Below are positions 52,720 through 64,000 of a stretch of 64,000 bases of DNA, in pieces. The number at the start of each line of letters is the position of its first letter. The first letter of the stretch is position 1. The notes below the pieces were generated by a model. The model was given only the letters and a program-made list of their open reading frames with translations. It was not told the origin of the DNA and made no database searches. The stretch is from Ginglymostoma cirratum (Eukaryota), in NCBI GenBank assembly GCA_024137785.1, contig JAHRHZ010000111.1, positions 27,226,991 through 27,290,990 of the forward strand, given 5' to 3'. Both the position numbers and the translations under genes were made by a program.

Positions 52720-53560
52720 CTGCTGGTCACATTTATCATCCCATTTGGGAGATTTTGCTTCAATAGATTGTACTTCAAATTGCCTTGGTTTTCAACGGAC
52801 CATGTCCAATATATTGCAAGGTTTAGAAGATGTCTTATGTTATGTCATGACAAATTGTTACATGGGGAGATGCCTGAGGAACATGATCACATGGTTCCTG
52901 CACTTCCAGAACACCTGCAGATTTAAGTACTAACAAAGAAAAGTGCAAATTTTCCAAGGAATTTGTTCACTACTTTGAACATATTGTTGACAAAAAATGA
53001 AGGATATTAAGGAGTATCCCACACCAAAGTATTCTCTGAATAGTAAACAGTAGCAAAACTAGTGCCTCACTTGGCAATGACAATTCTGGGTAATTATGTG
53101 AGAAGATCCAGAACTTGTATCAGGATGATAGTTTTCAAATGTTCAAGGGCATACTGATATCAGTAATTGTCCTGGATGTACTACAGTTCACTTTTTCCAA
53201 GTATTATTGCTGTAGATGCTTCTGGTGCAGATAGAGCAGCAATGTGTTTTCAGGATCAGCCTGACTGATGTATATAACTGGTGTATTATGCCTCCATTAC
53301 CTTGTCAGACCTTACACATTACACAGTTACAGAAAAAGAGACACTTTTGGTCACTTGGGCATGTTAGAGATTTTCAAACTACATTCTTATACTAAAAGTA
53401 GAAATGGACCACAAATTATTGGTCTCCCCATTGGACAAGGAAGAGTTGGCAAGAATGCTTACACAGATGAAAAGGCTCTAACTCTGCCTTATGAGGTTTG
53501 TCTATGGGACTAAATATGTGCAAGAAAGCTTCAAAAAACCAACAGATGTGTTCTCCAGAC
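52720..53560 (+). mobile_element. Decayed Gypsy pol (RT-RNase H) fragment
   Basis: TFIIPFGRFCFNRL, FQRTMSNILQGLEDVLCYV, EKCKF, AVDASG motifs. Confidence 0.7.
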
Positions 53561-53574
53561 TAAGTGTCAACAGC

Positions 53575-54310
53575 TTTCCAATGTGGACCTGATGGACCAG
53601 ACCCCAGCATTCTGAAGGTGATAGCTGAGGAGATTGTAAAGGCGTTGGTGGTGATCTTACAGGAGTCACTGCAGTCAGGAGGGCCCCAGAAGACTGGAAA
53701 ATGGCTCATGTAACCCCCTTGTTTAAGAAGGGAGGCAGGTAGAAGGCAGGAAACCACAGAGTGGTTAGCCTGACCTCAGTCATTGATAAAATTTTAGAGT
53801 CCATTGTAAAGGAAGAGATTGGAAAATGGAAGTGCATGGTAAAATTGGGCTGAGTCAACACATCAAAGCTGCTTTTGACCAAGTCTAGCATCAAGGAGTC
53901 CTAGCAAAACTGGAATCAAGGGGTATCGGGGGCAAACTCTCCACTGGTTGGAATCATACCTGGTGCACAGGAAGATGTTTGTGGTTATTGGAGGTTAGTC
54001 ATCTCAGCCCCAGGACCTCTCTGCAGGAATTCCTCAGGGTAGTTTCCTAGACTCAGCCATTTTCAGCTGCTTCATCAATGACTTGCCCACCATTATAAGG
54101 TCAGAGTGGGATTGTGCAATCATCATGAAACAATGATCAGCACTATTCACAACCCCACGGAGACTGAAGCAGCCCATGTTCAAATGCAACAAGATCTGGA
54201 CAATATCCAGGCTTGGGCTGACAAGTGGCAAGTAACATTTATGTCACATAAATGCCAGGCAATGACCATCTCCAACTAGAGGCAATCTAACCACCACCCC
54301 TTGGCATTTA
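53575..54310 (+). mobile_element. Adjacent fragments of two LINE families (CR1 53575-53870; CR1/L2-group 53870-54310)
   Basis: First part resembles 36640-36910; second is the reverse complement of 13360-13800. Confidence 0.7.
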
Positions 54311-55639
54311 ATTTTGTGTCTCGGAGACTGTTTGTAGCAAAGGCTGAGGAGTGAAATTCTTCATGCCATAGCATTTTAGGACATTGCTGTGTGGAGTGAA
54401 TAGCCACTGAATTATAAAGGCAGCTCCCCATTATAAACATGGACAATGGAAAGCTAACACAAAAAAATTAAGAATCTACAACAATAGAAAGAAATGCTTT
54501 ATAGGCAAGAATGTATTGTTAATATTTTTCCATATGATTAAAAAAATTAGAGTCACACAACACAGAAACAGACCATTTGGCCCACCGTGCATATGCCAAC
54601 CAACGAATACCAAATTTCACTAATCCTACTTACTTGCATTTGATCCATAGTCTATGCACTAGCATTTTAAGCGCTCATCCACAGTGTGGAGTTGGATCAC
54701 ATGGAGAAATTTTACCTATGCAGCTTTGGCTCTTAAATATAATGTTGTAACACATGGCAGACTTTGTGGCATCCTTTATATGTCACTGGATTTGATTTTA
54801 CAGCAGATAGCACAAATAAGATAGAAAAGCAATTGTAAATCTGCCAAATTATCGAGTTGCAAAGCTAAGCTCGGGCAATTCTATGAACCAGCACTCACAG
54901 TGGGGAACCATGCAGCTCATAATTTGCCATCTGTGATCTCTTAAGATCCTCCTCATGTGACCAATGCTTCCCCATCAGGAATGCTGAATCCCATTTATTT
55001 TGCATCATTGGCCTTGGGTCAACCCATAGGAAGTGACTTCAAAGACTTATTGGGTTGCGTGTCATGCACTTTGCATCTTTGTTCTGCTTCATATTACATC
55101 TTAAAAAAAAGCTTTCATGCAGAAGTGCAGATTTTTTGTACTACAGGGAAGTGCATACTCTGGGTTTCCTGGTTTATAGTCACAGTGGATTTGCTTCCGG
55201 AGGGTGTTCCAGGATATTACAGTTGTTTCCTGTCATGTTAAAGTAATGATTCTGAAAGGGTTAATGATTCTAAAGATTGAATTATGTTCATCAAAACTGA
55301 TGACTCTTAAGGTCTGGGTGGACAAGAGATAGAATGTTTTAGGATCTTGTACAATGAAAACTTATCACTCAATTGTCTTCCGATGATCTTAGTAACAATA
55401 TCTAATGTATTTGTACCTGGTTGCAATTATGCAATCCATTATATTTATTTAAGACAAAATTCACTGATGGATTTCCTGTACGACTATAAGGCAAAGCCTT
55501 CTGTCACCACAAGTAGGTAGTTGTTGACATCAAAGAACATGCAATGTCTCACTTCAAAACTCATAATTAGTTCAACAGCATCTATTTATACAGCTAAAAA
55601 TTGTTAAATAAAAGTCAAGAAGACCAAGGAAATCAATAA

Positions 55640-57886
55640 CACCAACAAGAACAAAGTTGCTGGAAAAGCTCAGCAGGTCTGGCAGCATCTGTGAAGGAAA
55701 AAACAGAGTTAACGTTTCGGGTCCGGTGACCCTTCCTCAGAACTGATGGTGGCTGGGAAAATGGCAGTTTATCTGAGGAAAAGGTAAGGGGGATGGGGTA
55801 GTGAGTAAATGATAGGATAGAGCCTAAAAAGAGACAAGAGCAGTTGAACAGACAAACAGTTGATAATTTTATTTTTCTGAAGAAAGGTCTAGGCCCGAAA
55901 CGTCAGCTTTCCTGCTCCTCTGATGCTGCTTGGCCTGCTGTGTTCATCCAGCTCTACAACTTGTTATCTAAGAGTTGATAATGATCAGGCTGGGAGGGTG
56001 AATAGCTGTTAATAGGGACTGTTAGTGACTAACAACGGTGGGTGTGTAATGGCAGGCTATGGGGTAACAAGGCCTGGTGTGTGGGGTGGGGGCCTGGGAC
56101 ATGGGAGAGCTTAGGCCCTAAAATTACTGAACTCGATATTGATTCTTTTTACACATCCATTCCTCACCAGGAGGGTCTTAGGGCTCTCCTCTTTTTCCTG
56201 GAGCAAAGTCCTGAACCGTCCCTACCCACCACCACCCCCCTCCACTTGGTCGACCTCGTCCTCACCATCAACAACTTCTCTTTTAACTCCTCAAAATTTT
56301 CTTCAGGTAAGAGGGGAGACCATGGGTACCCACATGGGCCCTAGTTATGCCTGTTTCATCATGGGGTACATGGAACATTCCTTGTTCCAGTCCTATTCCG
56401 GCCCCCACCCACAGCTCTTTCTCCAATATAGCGATGATATCATTGGTGTTGCTTCCCTCTCTCATCTGGAATTGGAAAACTTCATCAATTTCACCTCCAA
56501 TTTCCACCTCGCTCTCACTTTCACCTGGTCTATCTCTGACTCCTCCCTTCCCTTCTTCGACATTTCTGTTTCCATTTCTGGGGGTAATCTGGCCACTAAT
56601 ATCCGCTGCAAACCCACTGTCTCCCACAGCTACCTGGCCTATACACCCTCACACCCCACTTCTTGTAAAGACTCCACACTATTCTCTCATTTCCTCCGTC
56701 TCCGTCGTATATTTCAGATGAGGCCATCTTCAACAAGGGAGCCTCTGAAATGTCCACCTTCTTCCTCAACCGAGAATTCCCCAGCATCAATGTCAACAGG
56801 GCCCTCAATTAGGTCCAACCCATCTCCTGCACTTCCGGCCTCACCCCTTCTCTTCCCTCCCGCAACAACAATAGGGTTCCCCTTATCCTTACCCACCATC
56901 CCAACAGGGTCCATATCCAGAAGTCCATCAGACATCACTTCTGCCACTTCCAGCAAGATGCCACCACTAGACACATATTTCCATCCCCTCCCTTGCCCAC
57001 CTTCCACAGAGACCGTTCCCTCTGGGACACCCTGGTCCACACTTCCTTCACCCCCAACACATCCCCACAGCCCTACGGCACCTTTCCCTGTAACCGGCGA
57101 AGGTGCAACACCTGCCCATTTACCTCCTCCCTCCCCAGTATCCAAGGGTCCAAACATACCTTCCAGGTGAAGCAACACTTCACCTGCACTTCCCAGAATC
57201 TAGTCTACTGCATTCGCTGCTCAGAATGTGGTCTCCGCTACATTGAGGAAATGAAACATAGGCTGGGTGACCACTTTGCAGAACATCTACGTTCTGCTCA
57301 CAAAAAAGACCCTGAACTGCCTGTTGCCTGTCACTTTAACGCACCACCCTGCTCCCTGGCCAACATCTCTGTCTCTGGCTTGCTGCAGTGTTCCAGCAAA
57401 GCCCAACACAAGCTGGAGGAACGACACCTCATTTTCCACTTGGGGACCCTACAGCCCTCCGGACTCAATATTAAGTTCAATAATTTTAGGGCCTAAACTC
57501 TCCCTTGTCCCAGCCCCCTACCTCACACACCAGGCCTTGTTATCACATAGCCTGCCATTGCACACTAACTGTTGTTCGTCACTGACAGTCTCCATTAACA
57601 ACTACTCACCTTTCCAGCCTGATCGTTATCAACTCTTTGTCTGTCCAACCGTTCTTCTCTCTCTTTGGGCTCTATCCTATTGTTTTTTCCTTACCCCATC
57701 CCCCTCCCTTTTGTCTGCATATAAACTGACGTTTTCCCAGCCACCATCAGTTCTGAGGAAGGGTCACCGGATCTAGAACGTTAACTTTGTTTTCTCCTTC
57801 ACAGATGCTGCCAGATCTGCTGAGCTTTTCCAGCAACTTTGATTTTGTTCCTGATTTACAGCATCTGCAGTTCTTTCGGTTTTTAT
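55640..57886 (+). mobile_element. Penelope-like retroelement (family B), 5'-truncated with an inverted 3' copy
   Basis: RT motifs GETMGTHMGPSYA and LQYSDDII; GIY-YIG NLVYCIRCSECGLRYIEE..RLGDHFAEH; 55640-56130 is the inverse of 57480-57850; TSD caaggaaatcaataa 55625-55639 / 57887-57901; intact hammerhead on the minus strand at 55707-55745. Confidence 0.9.
55868..55972 (+). mobile_element. Short family A pLTR nested in the family B arm
   Basis: TSD agttgataat 55858-55867 / 55973-55982; begins just upstream of CTGAAGA. Confidence 0.8.
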
Positions 57887-58380
57887 CAAGGAAATCAATA
57901 ATTTGCACCAATACTATGAAAGTGGAGACATCGTAGCTGAGCTGAGCCCAACCTCAGCTGATATCACACGTGCAATTCTCAGCTGGGGTAACTAAGTAAT
58001 AGCCAGGAGTTGGTTGATCTTCCCTGTCACTAGCAGAGTTTGGTGCTCATAACAAAAGATCATCACCAACCCAGCCAAGATATTTTAATACAACTAACTT
58101 CAGGATTTAAGCTAGGATTCTTCTGAATCCATGTGACTTAGTACCACTCCAAACACACTACATCTATTCCCTGTCATGCAGAAAGCAATATTTAATAAAA
58201 TTCTTTAATAAGATTAAAAAAAGCCGGAGGCTTTGACTTTACTCTTTCAAATAAGATTCCAATTTGTTTCTTTATTAGTTTTAATATGTCATCAACAGCT
58301 AAAATAAAATGAAACAATATCATTCCTGTTGACAGGCATCAGTTACAGGTCTGGGAGAAACTGTATGCATCTGAATGCAT

Positions 58381-58692
58381 TGGCATGGTGGTTCAATAAT
58401 TAGCACTGTTGCCTCACAGCTCCAATGAGCTGGGTTTGAATCTACCCTTGGGCGACTGTCTGTGTGGAGTTTGCACATTCTCCCTGTGTTTGCGTGGATT
58501 TGCTCTGGAAGCCCTGGTTTCCTCCCACAGATGTGCAGGCTAGGTTCATTGGCCATGTTAACTTGCCTATCGTGTTCAGGGATGTGTAGATTAGATGGGT
58601 AACAGGGGGATGGGTCTGGGTGGGATGCTCTGAGGGTCGCTGTGGACTTGTCGGGCCGAAGAGCCTGTTTCCACACTGTAGGGATTCTATGA
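58381..58692 (+). mobile_element. HE1-like V-SINE
   Basis: tggcatggtggttcaataattagc head, gggtttgaatc B box, V domain, CR1-like tail cctgtttccacactgtagggattctat. Confidence 0.85.
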
Positions 58693-60489
58693 ACGCTTGG
58701 TGGGGTTACTTCAACCGACTATCTTTGCGTTACAAACAGTAACCTAAGTAATTGAAGCAAAGAAAACTGTGGTTAATCCTCCTTTTCCAAGAGACTTAAA
58801 GTAAAATGAAGGAGACAGGAAACTTCAAGCTTAATGGCGCCATGGGAGTAAAACAGTCTTCTAAAAGCACATTGACTCGTATGTGCCATTGTGGTGAAAG
58901 TACTCTACAACTCTGATGCAGAGCCTGTAAGGGTTTCTGCTTCTGGCTCCTTTTATCTACATCTTTATGTTTAATAGCACAGAGCTTTTGGCTTTAGCAG
59001 AGGAAACAGATTACACAAAGACAAGTACTCCAGAACAAAATAGAAAATTAAAAAAATACATTTTCTTTCTATGTAAAGTAAATAATTTGACTCAACTCAT
59101 CCTGTTTCCCGTTACTGTTTAATAATTAGAGTAAACTTTACTCATGTTCATGATAAGTAGCTATGCAGTGATATATGGAATCAGTAATGGCTGCCTGACC
59201 TCAAAATAAGGTTGCGTTTATATTCAATACAGTTTTTGGTCTATATTTGGAGTATAATATTACCTGCAATTAGCCAATTTCCCTGTAACTAATGTACTGG
59301 AAACAAAAATCCTTATGTGGGGATGGATAAGATTTTATGTTGTATGGAAAATAACAGTTTGCTGAAATGATGTTCAATCAAATGATTCCTCTTTGCAATG
59401 AAATTCTGTCAGGAGTAACATTAATCGTGCAACCTTTGTATCAGGTCACACTAACTCCCCTCAGGAGGTCTTACCATGGCCCAAGTGGCAGAGTTTGGGT
59501 TGGTTCAGGTCAGGTTTAGTGATTTCTTCAGATTTTAGTTTGTTCTTTGTGTTATTTTGACAAATGTCATGATGCACTTGAAAATACTCAGTCTCAAAGC
59601 TTAGTGCCTCTATTTAATGCATTGAGGTTTTGTCGACATATGTCGACTCTTTGGGGGTTTGCTAAAAAAAAAATCCAGCATAAGGGGTGACAATTATGTC
59701 AATGCCAAAAGGGTGCTGACAAAGTCTGTTGGCTGACATCAATAATTCTAAAATAGTGCCTCCCACAGCATGTAAACCCAACTGACAATTTCTGTTGCCA
59801 ATTCTTTCTCTCTTTTGCTGAATGTGCTTACTCTTGCTGGGGTGAAGGTCCACAGGCAATCTTCCAGCACCTCACTATGTGCACAGCTAGATATTGAAGG
59901 CTGGCAAGTTATTCAATTATAGAAGGAAACATCACAATCTGATTCTGTCCTTTAGCAGGCACAGGCATGCAATCTCCAGCAGCAGTCACTAACACAAGCA
60001 TCAGGAGTTGGTGATTTCTGGCTGATTATCCTCCTCTCATGATCTCAAAGATGCTTCAGAACCATTTACAGTACTTTCCCCCTTGAAATAAATTCACATA
60101 TTTTTGCAACACATTGATTCAGTGTGAGGTAATTGCACACTACAATCCCCACACCAGCAAACAGGGTCAAATCCAACTTTTTAACAATAATCACACATGA
60201 CCAGGAGGTGCCACATCAGGTGAGACATGTTTCCAGACACATTGGCAGCATCTTCAATGTTATACAAGTCAGCTGTCTTTCCTTCTTGAGAAGTAATAAG
60301 ATGTGTACGTCAAGGAATGCTTTATTTTGATGTGAGCTGCAAGAAATTGTCTGTGTTCTTTCTGCAAACTTTCTAATAAAGTAAATACTCTATTGCTTTA
60401 CCTGGTTAACCAGGAATTTTGATCCCAGTGATTGTGCATGACGCTATAAGGGTGGTCAATCAATAAGATTTATATTTTACCACTAATGT

Positions 60490-60790
60490 TGGAAAATTAG
60501 TAAGATGTCAAGCTATATGGTGCCATCCAACAAGTACAGAAAGCCCCAAAACACTTTTCAGCCAATTAAGTACTCTTGAAGTATCGTGCTAAAAGAAAAA
60601 CAGAAAACAATTTACAATGCATCGCAAAAGACCAAGAAAATCAACGATCAGATAATTTGTTTGAGATATTGGTAAAGGCATAAATGTTGTCCAGGGCGCC
60701 AGAGAAAACCAACTGTGTTTCTTGAGTAGTGCGGTGGGAAATTTTAATTGTCAAGTTTTAAGTATAATCTTTCATCCGAGCGTGACCTGG
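60490..60790 (-). mobile_element. Deu-domain SINE body; its head resumes at about 61680-61790
   Basis: acttttcagccaattaagtactcttgaagt, gatcagataat; head gtgggatttgaactcacaacc. Confidence 0.55.
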
Positions 60791-60795
60791 CAGCA

Positions 60796-61227
60796 GCAGT
60801 GGGCGGTGAGAGTGGGGTTGGTGAGGAGGCAGTGGGTGGTGAGAGGGGGGCCAGTGAGGGGGCAGTGGGCGGTGAGAGGGGGGCCGGTGAGGGGGCAGTG
60901 GATGGTGAGAGTGGGGCCAGTGAGGGTGCAGTGGATGGTGAGAGTGGGGCCGGTGAGGAGGCAGTGGGTGGTGAGAGGGGGGCCGGTGAGGAGGCAGTGG
61001 GTGGTGAAAGGGGGGCTGTTGAGGGGGCAGTGGGTGGTGAGAGGGGGGCCAGTGAGGGGGCAGAGGGCGGTGAGAGGAGGTCGGTGAGGGGGCAGTTGGC
61101 GGTGAGAGTGGGGCTGGTGAGGGGGCAGTGGGCGGTGAGAGCGGAGTCGGTAAGGGGGCAGTGGGCGGTGAGAGTGGGGCTGGTGAGGGGGCAGTGGGCG
61201 GTGAGAGTGGGGCTGGTGAGGGGGCAG
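60796..61227 (+). repeat. 33-bp G-rich minisatellite, about 13 copies
   Basis: Unit GCAGTGGGCGGTGAGAGTGGGGCTGGTGAGGGG; period 33 counted directly (one 32-bp unit). Confidence 0.95.
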
Positions 61228-63075
61228 CGACCGTCTGGATGTCCTAGCGACTGGAGTGGCACCTGCATGATGTGGAGATGGGACCTGGGACTCTGAGACC
61301 TGGACTTTTCTTACTTACCTTTTGGTTGTTAACATCTTGTAATTCTGGTTTTTGTACTCAAGTGGGTGTCAGTGAACGGCGACTTTGTGCACTTTTTGGT
61401 GTACTTATGTATTCCTGTACTTAGCACATGTGACACATAAATAAATCTATATGACAATGCAACTAGACTACATCCATGGTGAGAGAAAAGGCACTAAAGT
61501 TTTAGGTTGATGATCCTTTGCTGTTTCTGTCTCCATAGATACAGCCAGGCCAGCTAAACATTGCCAGCATTTTCTATTTTTATTTCAGATTTTCAGCATC
61601 TGCCATATTTTGCTGTTGGATGACATAAGAACATAAGAACTAGGAGCAGGAGTAGGCCGTCCGGCCCTTCTGCTGTATTCTGTCAGAACTGTACTGAAAC
61701 ATTAGTGGAGATTATATGCCGAAGTTTCTAGAGTGGGATTTGAACTCACAACCTTTGGATTCAGAGGCACGACTGCCAAACTGGTCAAGAGTTCTATTTA
61801 CATTGACATGAATATCAGCCGGCAGGATGTGGATTGCTTTCTTTGAATTCAGGTTTTCAGGGTGTCCTGGATCCTTTTGTGTCATTTCGAGCAACCGAGG
61901 CTGTTTTGGACCTATGCTGTTATCAGCAAAGAGCTGAACTCTGAAAATCAGTTTGAGTCCAGGTAAGTAGTGCAGAGGTTAATTAAACTGTCAGCACTCT
62001 CCAGCACCTTAATGCAGACATAGACTTTATTTTGACACATGTCCTACCTGCGCAGTGCGCAGATATTTGCATCACACCACTTCAACGACAAGCCTGAATA
62101 CGAGCAAGCATAACAACTTGTCAACCATACAAACCATGTCTGTTTTCAGCTGGAGAATGTAAACGTCCAGAATTATCACGGTATCCTTTGAGGTTATTCT
62201 TATCGACACACACTACACCTTTCAATTTTCTGTACGGGCAATGCCCATTTGCAATTAATTGCATTTAAGTTAGACCTCGATGATATTATCTAGATCTTTA
62301 CTCATCCAAAAAGAAAAGAGCGTCTGGGGCCACTGGAGTGCTCTGTTCATAGAAAAACATTTAAAATGCCTTATCATGTGATTTGTAGCAACATTTTGTG
62401 GAGATTTCGGAAGCTTTTAAATTATTTTTCATGGTGTGTTTCATTCTCGTTTCCGCTAATGTTTTACTACGCCTTTCATTCTAGCAGAGCTAGGGGATGG
62501 TCAGTTTCCTGGTGGGAAATACCCCTTAGGTTTTGCGGACGAAACAGAGATATGAAAAGTTATCGAACAGGTCAAGACGCACTGAAAGTAAATTATACCC
62601 ATTGGCTGACAGGCTGAATCCAAAACCAAATCCAAAACTTAAAAGTTGATTTATCAGTAGTTATTTTATCTCACCAGGAGCAACAATTTTATTCATTCCC
62701 CAGCAGGAGATTCTTCACTTACAGGAAATCTATGTTAATGATTAATATTCCAGTTGTACAATTTAACTCCCAGATGTCAGTTGGCAGAGCTGAAACCTGC
62801 AGCCTTTTCAAAGATATTCCTGCCCTGCCTTTGACATAAGACTGAGGAAGGCCAGAATATTAGACCAAGATCCTGATTCATCAGGACCATCCTCTTGCAA
62901 CTCTTCTTGGGATGTGGCAAGTGAGCTGTGTTGCCTCCAGCACCGTAATAAAATTCACCGTCTTGGAAGGCGTAATGGCCAAGGGGAGATTGTCCCAGGT
63001 CAGAGTTCTCATGGTGAGGTGGGGGAACGTGTAGAATGGAAGTAGTGACTGTCCTAAAATAGGGAAGGTAAATAG

Positions 63076-63731
63076 TTGCTCGTTAGCTCGCCGAGTCAGT
63101 TGGTCAGTAGCGTGCAGACATTTTGTTACCCTTCTAGGCTACAGCATCAGTGTGACCTCTAATCAAAGTGTTGGTGTTCTGCTTCCTTCTGGATTTATAT
63201 GGTCTTCTGGTGTGGAGGCCTCATCTCTTCTGGTTCTGTTGTTTTAGCAGTGGTCTGTTAATGGGGACTATTTCCACATATTGTTTATGGAGTCCCATGT
63301 TGAGAACAAGGTTTCCCAGAAATTCCCTTGCACTGGTGGTGTCCGCTTGTCCCAGTACAGTCACTTCGTCTCAGTCGAACAGATGGCCCTCATTGTCTGT
63401 GTGTATTGAGACAAGTAAATATTGGTCATGTCTTTTTAGTGCCTGCTGTATCCTGGTGGTCAATTTCCTCTCTAGTTGTCCAAAGTAATGCTTATTGCAC
63501 TCGCTACAAGATATTCTGTATATGATGTTGGTCTTGTTTACTGTCGGTATGAGGTCTTTAGTCTTTGATAATATTTGGTGCAGTGTTGCTATAGGTTTGT
63601 GTGCAATCATGATCTTATGCGGCCTTAGAAGTCTGGTAGTCATTTCTGCATACGTCTGCACACGACAGAACAACCGGCTCGGCAAGGTAACGAACAACTG
63701 CATCAACAACCCGAGCTACAAATTTTCGCTA
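63076..63731 (-). mobile_element. Penelope-like element 3' part (family D) with inverted terminal pLTR
   Basis: GIY-YIG TNIIYRISCSECNKHYFGQLERKLTTRI; 63076-63120 is the inverse of 63652-63697; TSD ggaaggtaaatag 63063-63075 / 63732-63744. Confidence 0.85.
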
Positions 63732-64000
63732 GGAAGGTAAATAGGGCTGTTTGTACTTGCCCACTGCCAAGGTGGAAGGAATAGTTTGATTTTAGAATAA
63801 AAATAAATAATAAATTTGGCAGCCTGCTGAGTTGACTATCACTGAATCACAGAACTGTTAAAGCCCAAAAGGAGATCATTTAGGCCCATTGTGTCTGTGC
63901 TGGCTCTCCAATGGGAACATTACCGAGTAGCACCCCTCTGCCTTCTCCCACTAATCCTGCATATTGTATTTCAATGCCAATGGATGATAGCAATCTCAGT

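Noticed and set aside
56139-57170. 343-aa ORF as a host gene
   Set aside because: Frameshifted Penelope RT; only the middle part is in the true frame
60722-61296. Repetitive 121-182 aa ORFs, or a CRISPR-like array
   Set aside because: By-products of a 33-bp tandem repeat with no unique spacers; eukaryotic context
62048-62061. CTGCGCAGTGCGCAG as an NRF1 site or promoter
   Set aside because: Spacing is off by one base and there is no CpG island

Overview
Eukaryotic, repeat-dense non-coding DNA (intron or intergenic), almost certainly from a cartilaginous fish (shark), judged from HE1-like V-SINEs, Deu-domain SINEs, CR1 LINEs and abundant Penelope-like elements (PLEs). I could not support any host protein-coding gene: every ORF I recognise is a decayed transposon protein (PLE RT/GIY-YIG, CR1/L2/RTE/Tx1 ORF2, Gypsy pol). 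The main structure is about 15 PLE insertions from at least four families. Most are fold-back (inverted pLTR) insertions bounded by 9-15 bp target-site duplications and carry minimal hammerhead ribozymes with covarying stems. In the short copies the truncation and inversion breakpoints cluster at the ribozyme, one exactly at the predicted cleavage site. Also notable are an apparently ORF1-less LINE with a tRNA-derived head plus its internally deleted SINE, several unique enhancer-like blocks, and a 33-bp G-rich minisatellite. Family names come from recalled consensus similarity, not database searches, and the boundaries of old repeats are approximate.
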